DNA from: Eledone cirrhosa
Lineage: Eukaryota
Direction of reading: 5' to 3'
Assembly (NCBI GenBank): GCA_964016885.1
Contig: OZ024748.1
Span: forward strand, 42,718,001 to 42,782,000
DNA length: 64,000 nt
Below, in pieces: positions 58,152 through 64,000 of this stretch (positions are counted from its first letter, which is position 1; every line of letters begins with the position of its first letter). The notes below the pieces were generated by a model. That model was not told the origin of the DNA. It searched no databases and worked only from the letters and a program-made list of their open reading frames with translations. A program made the translations under genes and the position numbers.

Positions 58152-58554
58152 CCCTCTTCCTGCTACATCAAGCGTTAACCTAATATATCCCTTCCATATA
58201 CTGTACCGATTGTGTTGTTATTTCTGTTTACGCTTTACACACACACACGCACACATATATATATATATATTTATATATATATATATGTGTGCGTGTGTGT
58301 GTATAAGTCTTATATGGAGAAGTGTGTGTGTGTGTGTGTATAAGTCTCTTTGTATGTTAGTGTACGCGTGTGTATGTGTGTGTGTATATGTGTGGGGGGG
58401 GGGACCAGTATTTTTTTCCCCCTGGTAAAATGGTGTACATTATTCGATTTTTTCAGTAAAATCGGTTCTCTTAATAGAACATCAAAAATCTTAACAATAA
58501 AAGGTGTGAAATGATATTCACTATATATATATACACACATACATATATTCACTA

Positions 58555-58585
<31 letters not shown>

Positions 58586-58758
58586 GTGTTGCACCATAGA
58601 GCATGTGTGTTTACGTTTATATGTGTGTTTACGTTTATATGTGAATATCATTTCACACCTTTTATTGTTAAGATTTTTGATGTTCTATTAAGAGAACCGA
58701 TTTTACTGAAAAAATCGAATAATGTACACCATTTTACCAGGGGGAAAAAAATACTGGT

Positions 58759-58810
<52 letters not shown>

Positions 58811-58837
58811 ACGCGTACATTAACATACAAAGAGACT

Positions 58838-58868
<31 letters not shown>

Positions 58869-58977
58869 TTCTCCGTATAAGACAAAAGCTGAAAAATATC
58901 TTTTGACATGCTAAAATACCCCCATTGCTTTCAGACACATTCTTACTGACCATCCCTGCTACCACGAATTACTCTGC

Positions 58978-59012
<35 letters not shown>

Positions 59013-59890
59013 TTATCTTAATAGCCATTTGACACACATCCCTGCTAACCATTATCACAACATCGAACACCTTACTACTACTACACACACACACACACAT
59101 ATTTGTTGTGAAAGAGTCATTTCTCAATCTTGGCGCAAAACCAATTTTTTATTCACATGACCTCTACCGACCAATCAAAATTGTTTTGACCACAAGAATT
59201 TTTGCAAACACCAAGTAGCGCTGGAGCCACTTTTTTAACATAAAAACAGTCTTGGCACAAAATCAATTTTTTACATTCACATGACCTCTACCGACCAATC
59301 AAAATTGTTTTGACCACAAGAATTTTTGCAACACCAAAGTAACGCTGCAGCCACTTTTTTAACATAAAAACAGGTAGAATTCCCAAAACTAATCAGATCA
59401 GAGCAAACAACACGGACACTCTATCTCAAAATTATTTTTGAAAAGCATTTAGAAATGCGCAACCGGTAAAAACTTAAAAACTTAAAACCACAACTGAATA
59501 CTAACCCATACAATCACTAATACTCTTTTATTCCTAATTAAACCATTTTTCAACTGTGAACAATTTGTCAGCATTTTCTATTCCGTTTACCAATATATAA
59601 TAACTTGTGTGTTACACCTCTATTCTTTTAACTATATATATATATATATAGTAGAATAATCGAGTATCGAAAAATCGGCTCACGAGTTTACGATAAACAA
59701 ATTCGACATGAGTGGCAGAGGGCTCAATAATTCAGATAAATCAGAGCTATAACTATCGTTAAAATACCAACACACAAAGATTATGTCTAAAATCACCCAT
59801 GAGACCGAAAAATTACGATCAGGAAGATTCGGGTCACTCAGATAAAATATCAATAAATCAATAAATCATATGAATGTAAAAAGCTTACCC

Positions 59891-60160
<270 letters not shown>

Positions 60161-60221
60161 TTAACGCTCCACCGCCCGCAGTTTCTAGTTTCATATTAAT
60201 TGCTCTATATTTAAGATAACT

Positions 60222-62906
60222 TTCTTTTTATTTGCCACCAGGGTGTCAAAGAGTGGGACAAGTACAATGGGGGGGGGGTTTACATAATAAGGCGTCCTCA
60301 ATAAGGAGGAGGCAATAACAAAATATAAAAATATAAAATATAACAAAAATAAATTGAATAACAAAATCCCCAATAGGGAGGAGGAGCCTTGGGGGTTCGC
60401 ACACACCCCCGAAAAAGTGTGCAATCCTTCTCCTCAGGAGCACAGAGAGAGGGTGCTCCCTTGATCTTTCATCTTACTCACTTACAGTCTGATGTAGAGT
60501 GAAGGCCCATTCACACGGGCCATTCTCGCCACTTTCACCCATCTTTCATAGAAACGGCTAGGGTGCAGCACCTCTCTCTCCATCCTGATCCTTCTTCCGA
60601 AATGATATCGGAAGAAACGGACCAGTTGTTGGCCAGAGAGAAAGGTGTCTGACCTCAGTCCTTTCAGACGCGTCCACCATACAACCTCTTTCGCCATGGC
60701 TATTACGCACAGAAACACCGCCTCTCCTTCGTTTTTGAAGAGGGGAGGCGGCTTGATCGTTACAATAGACTCGGTGGTCAACCGGATCGGTCCCACCTGT
60801 GACAGCAGTCGTTCGACATAGCCCCACAGATCCGCAATGTCCGAGCAGTGTACCAATGCGTGTGCAACGGTTTCCTCGTCGCACACGCATCCGGGCGCCC
60901 GTGTCTGTAGAGCCTTTCTCGAACGGTAGCACTGCCAGGCCAGGGACCTCGGGAAGTTATCCATAGGTCCCGGGCTGAATGACCTACTGAACAGGTTGGC
61001 CAGTTCGTTTTCCTCCATGCCTAGAGCTTCTCTGAAGGCGTCGTCGCACCTGCTAACCACCAGCCCTCTATAGAATGACGAGGTGGATTCTCCACTGACA
61101 GCCGGGTCCGCCTGCCAGAGAGCCGTGAGCGCCTGGGCACACTCGGTGTGTCAGGTGCCCAGTTTTCTCGGTCTTTGCTTGACCCAGGATTGCAGCTCGG
61201 TGAGTGAGACGAGTCTGGGAAAGGCTCGCCTCACAAACGGGGCCCACACCGGTTGACCGGTGAGGAATACCTGGAGGTGCCGTAGCCTTAATGCGTGTTT
61301 ACGCATCTGTAGCCACGGCATCCCCAGCCCTCCTTTCGAAGGGTGTTGACAGCAGATGGATCTCCTCACCATAGGAGCCCGCTTCTTCCAAAGGAATTGG
61401 AAGAGTGCGCGCTCCATTTTGACGAGCGTTTCCCTTGGGCAAGGCACGACGGTCAGGCGGTAGTAGATGACGGACGCTATATAAGTGCTCGCCACCTCCG
61501 CCCTACCTTTCAGGGACAGTTAGCACTCGGCCCACTTCTGGGTCAGTGCAAACATCCTGTTCGTTACCTCACTCCAGTTCTTCTCCACCTGGAGGTCTGG
61601 TCTGAACCAGACCCCGAGCAACTTCACCGGGCCCTCCGTCCAGCGCCCGACGACGCCATCGGAGGGCATCGATTTGCCCCTCCACGTGCCGAGTTGCAAA
61701 CTGATCGACTTGTCCCGGTTCAGCTTAGCCCCTGTAAACATTTCGTACTCCTCCAGTAAAGTGCCGATCGCTCCGATTTCCGAGGCCGTTGACACCATTA
61801 CTGTTACGTTATCGGCGTAAGCCGACACCGCTTTCCGCAATCCCGGTTCCAACGGGATACCCTGCAACAACTCCAACTTCCGCAGCAGTGGCTCTAGAGT
61901 CATCACATACAGAAAGGAGGAGAGAGGGCACCCTTGTCGGATGGACCGCGCGATTTCGAACGCTCCGAGAGGTAGCCGTTCACCTTGACTCTAGAGCAGA
62001 TGCGGCTGCTGTGCATGGCAGTGATCCAGCCCCTGAAAACGGGTCCGAAGCCTGCCACCGCTAGCACCGCATCCAAGTAACCATGGTCGACCCTATAGAA
62101 CTCCTTAGATTGATCCAAGTTGATCAGGGCCCCACCAAAGTCGGGTTCGTTCCCAACCCTCTCTATGATGTATCGGATGAGGTGGAGGTTGTCGTGGATG
62201 GACCTGGACGGGATAGCACATGTCTGCGCATCTCCCACCAGGTTTCCCACGACAAGCGCCAACCTCTTTGCTAGCACCTTGGCCAAAATGTAACTCTGTA
62301 TTTAGCAGAGTTATGGGCTTGAAATTATTTATATCGTCCCCCTTGTTCTCGTCCTTCCTCACTAGCACAGGGAATTCTCCCGTTATGTTGCCAGTTGCAG
62401 TAGATCACCTTGAGGAGATCGGGGAACAAGTCCGGCATAGCTAGATATAGTTCGTATGGAAGACCATCGAGACCCGGGGATTTGCGTTTGCCGCATTGAC
62501 TCAGCACGTCCTCTATCTCAGCGGCTAAAATCGGCTCCTCGCAGGACTTCGCCTCCTTGTCCGAGAGATGCGGCAGGCCGTCGAGGTATGGACCGAAGTC
62601 CACTTCCCCAACCGGCTCCCGCCCCTTCCGAACAATCTGGCAAAGTGCTTTTGAAAAGCCTCGCACATCTGCTTAGGTTCAAGGATCACCCGTCCATCCT
62701 GATCTTGCAAAGACCGGATAGTGGATCTACTCCCTCTTTTGGCTTCTGTCACGCGGGCCCCTCGTTTCCCAGAGCACGTATTTTGCTTCGGACGATGCAG
62801 CCTTCGTGTTTCGCGTCGAAGAACTGGCCCAGGGCCGTTCTCGATGCTAGCACTCTGGCCACGTCGCCGCTTCTAATTGCCTCTTCTACACTATCTACCA
62901 ACTCCC
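60222..62906 (-). mobile_element. Tx1-like LINE copy F, 5'-truncated, with TSD
   Basis: RT and C-terminal motifs; TTTAAGATAACT duplicated at 60210-60221 and 62907-62918. Confidence 0.95.
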
Positions 62907-63059
62907 TTTAAGATAACTATTTATTAAGTAATCAGTCCACCATATACTATCGTTATCGTTATATATCAGTGTAGGTGCACCCATACCTATAACATGTGTG
63001 TCATATTGATACGCCGTACGTTAAGTGACGCGGGGTAAAATTTGTTAAGATGGCCTTCG

Positions 63060-63800
63060 TAATATTATTTTATTGATCTAGTTTTTATAAGTTAAACTGC
63101 TTGAAAAATTGTGAGTTGGTTGCTGAAAATCTCTGTAAGTATACTGGACGAGGTAAAGTTTCGTCGCCCAAATTCCTTCAACTCTGGGGCGTTGGTTTTT
63201 TGCGATGTGTGGTCGTGTGATGCCGTGCAAGCCAATTGAAACTTTTCTATTGACCAATGTTTGACACATACGCTACAATTTCATCAATTTCGTGACAATA
63301 TTTCTCTGCTGTAATTGTTTCGCCAAGATTTAGAAAGCTGTACTTGAGTAATCCAGCTGCGGACCACTGAACAGTCACCATAACCTTCTTTTGGTGAAAC
63401 TTCGGCTTTTGGAAGTGTTTAGGAACTTCATCTCGGTCCAACCACTGTGATGATGACGTCGGTTGTTGTAGAGGATCCACTTTTCATCACACACCACAAT
63501 GGATGAAGGAGTAATGCCCATACTCTTGTCAGGAACTCTAAGACCTGTGAGATCGACCTTGTGGGACCCTTTTCTTGCACAAAAAAAGCGAAGAGCAGAC
63601 TTCATAACAACGATTTTTCGGGGGGGGGGGGGGGGGGTTCAATTCGTGTGGCACCCAGTTTTCAAGCGTCTTCGACTTTCCAATTTGTTCAACTGTTCAG
63701 AAATGGTTCCAATGCTGATATCTAACCTCTTCCATCAAACCCTTCGATTCATCGTCATCAATGGTAGAAGGGCTAACTTTGTGTTGTGTACTCATTAAAC
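63060..63800 (-). mobile_element. Mariner transposase pseudogene
   Basis: IVVCDEKWILYNN, WLDRDE.PK..KPKFHQKKVMVTVQW, ETITAEKYC, LHGITRPH. Confidence 0.85.
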
Positions 63801-64000
63801 ACTTCCTTGGCACCAAACTTCACTGATGTTTATAACCGTTTGTTCTACACTACGACCCAGTAAAAAACTAGCAAAAATCCTGTTTTGACATCTCGACTTC
63901 AAAAATCCCAAATCAAGTACTGGAGTTCGATTTAATCAACCATGCCCTTTCCTCTAAATATGTTGGCCTTGTGTTTAAATTAGGAATCAATATAATGGTT

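Overview
AT-rich, repeat-saturated eukaryotic DNA, most likely from an octopod cephalopod (inferred from octopus-type SINE motifs, not verified by search). There is a 200-N scaffold gap at 2955-3154. Most long ORFs in the track are (TA)n/(TG)n/(CAA)n artefacts. Real content: a degenerate Helitron (4.0-6.5 kb), two mariner relics, a pogo/Tc-type MITE, seven pieces of a Tx1-like (L1 group) LINE family, a near-complete Penelope-like element (PLE) with direct terminal repeats plus other PLE GIY-YIG fragments, RTE-LINE 3' fragments, many tRNA-derived SINEs and a 16x99-bp satellite. One host gene, an S1 (trypsin/chymotrypsin-like) serine peptidase, is supported by three phase-compatible exons at 54125-57810 that the ORF track did not resolve. 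The most notable observations are: (i) about a dozen hammerhead-ribozyme-like folds from at least five sequence families, including helix covariation and a fixed non-canonical CAGANGA core in the PLE terminal repeats; (ii) pervasive fold-back inversions tied to (TA)n tracts and PLE-like termini; (iii) in the Tx1 family, a conserved splice donor just before ORF2, a covarying 3'UTR hairpin and repeated (TATC)n junctions; (iv) a dispersed repeat built from CCAAT/E-box/E2F modules; (v) a SINE that shares its tail with an RTE LINE. All coordinates were read by eye and boundaries are approximate.
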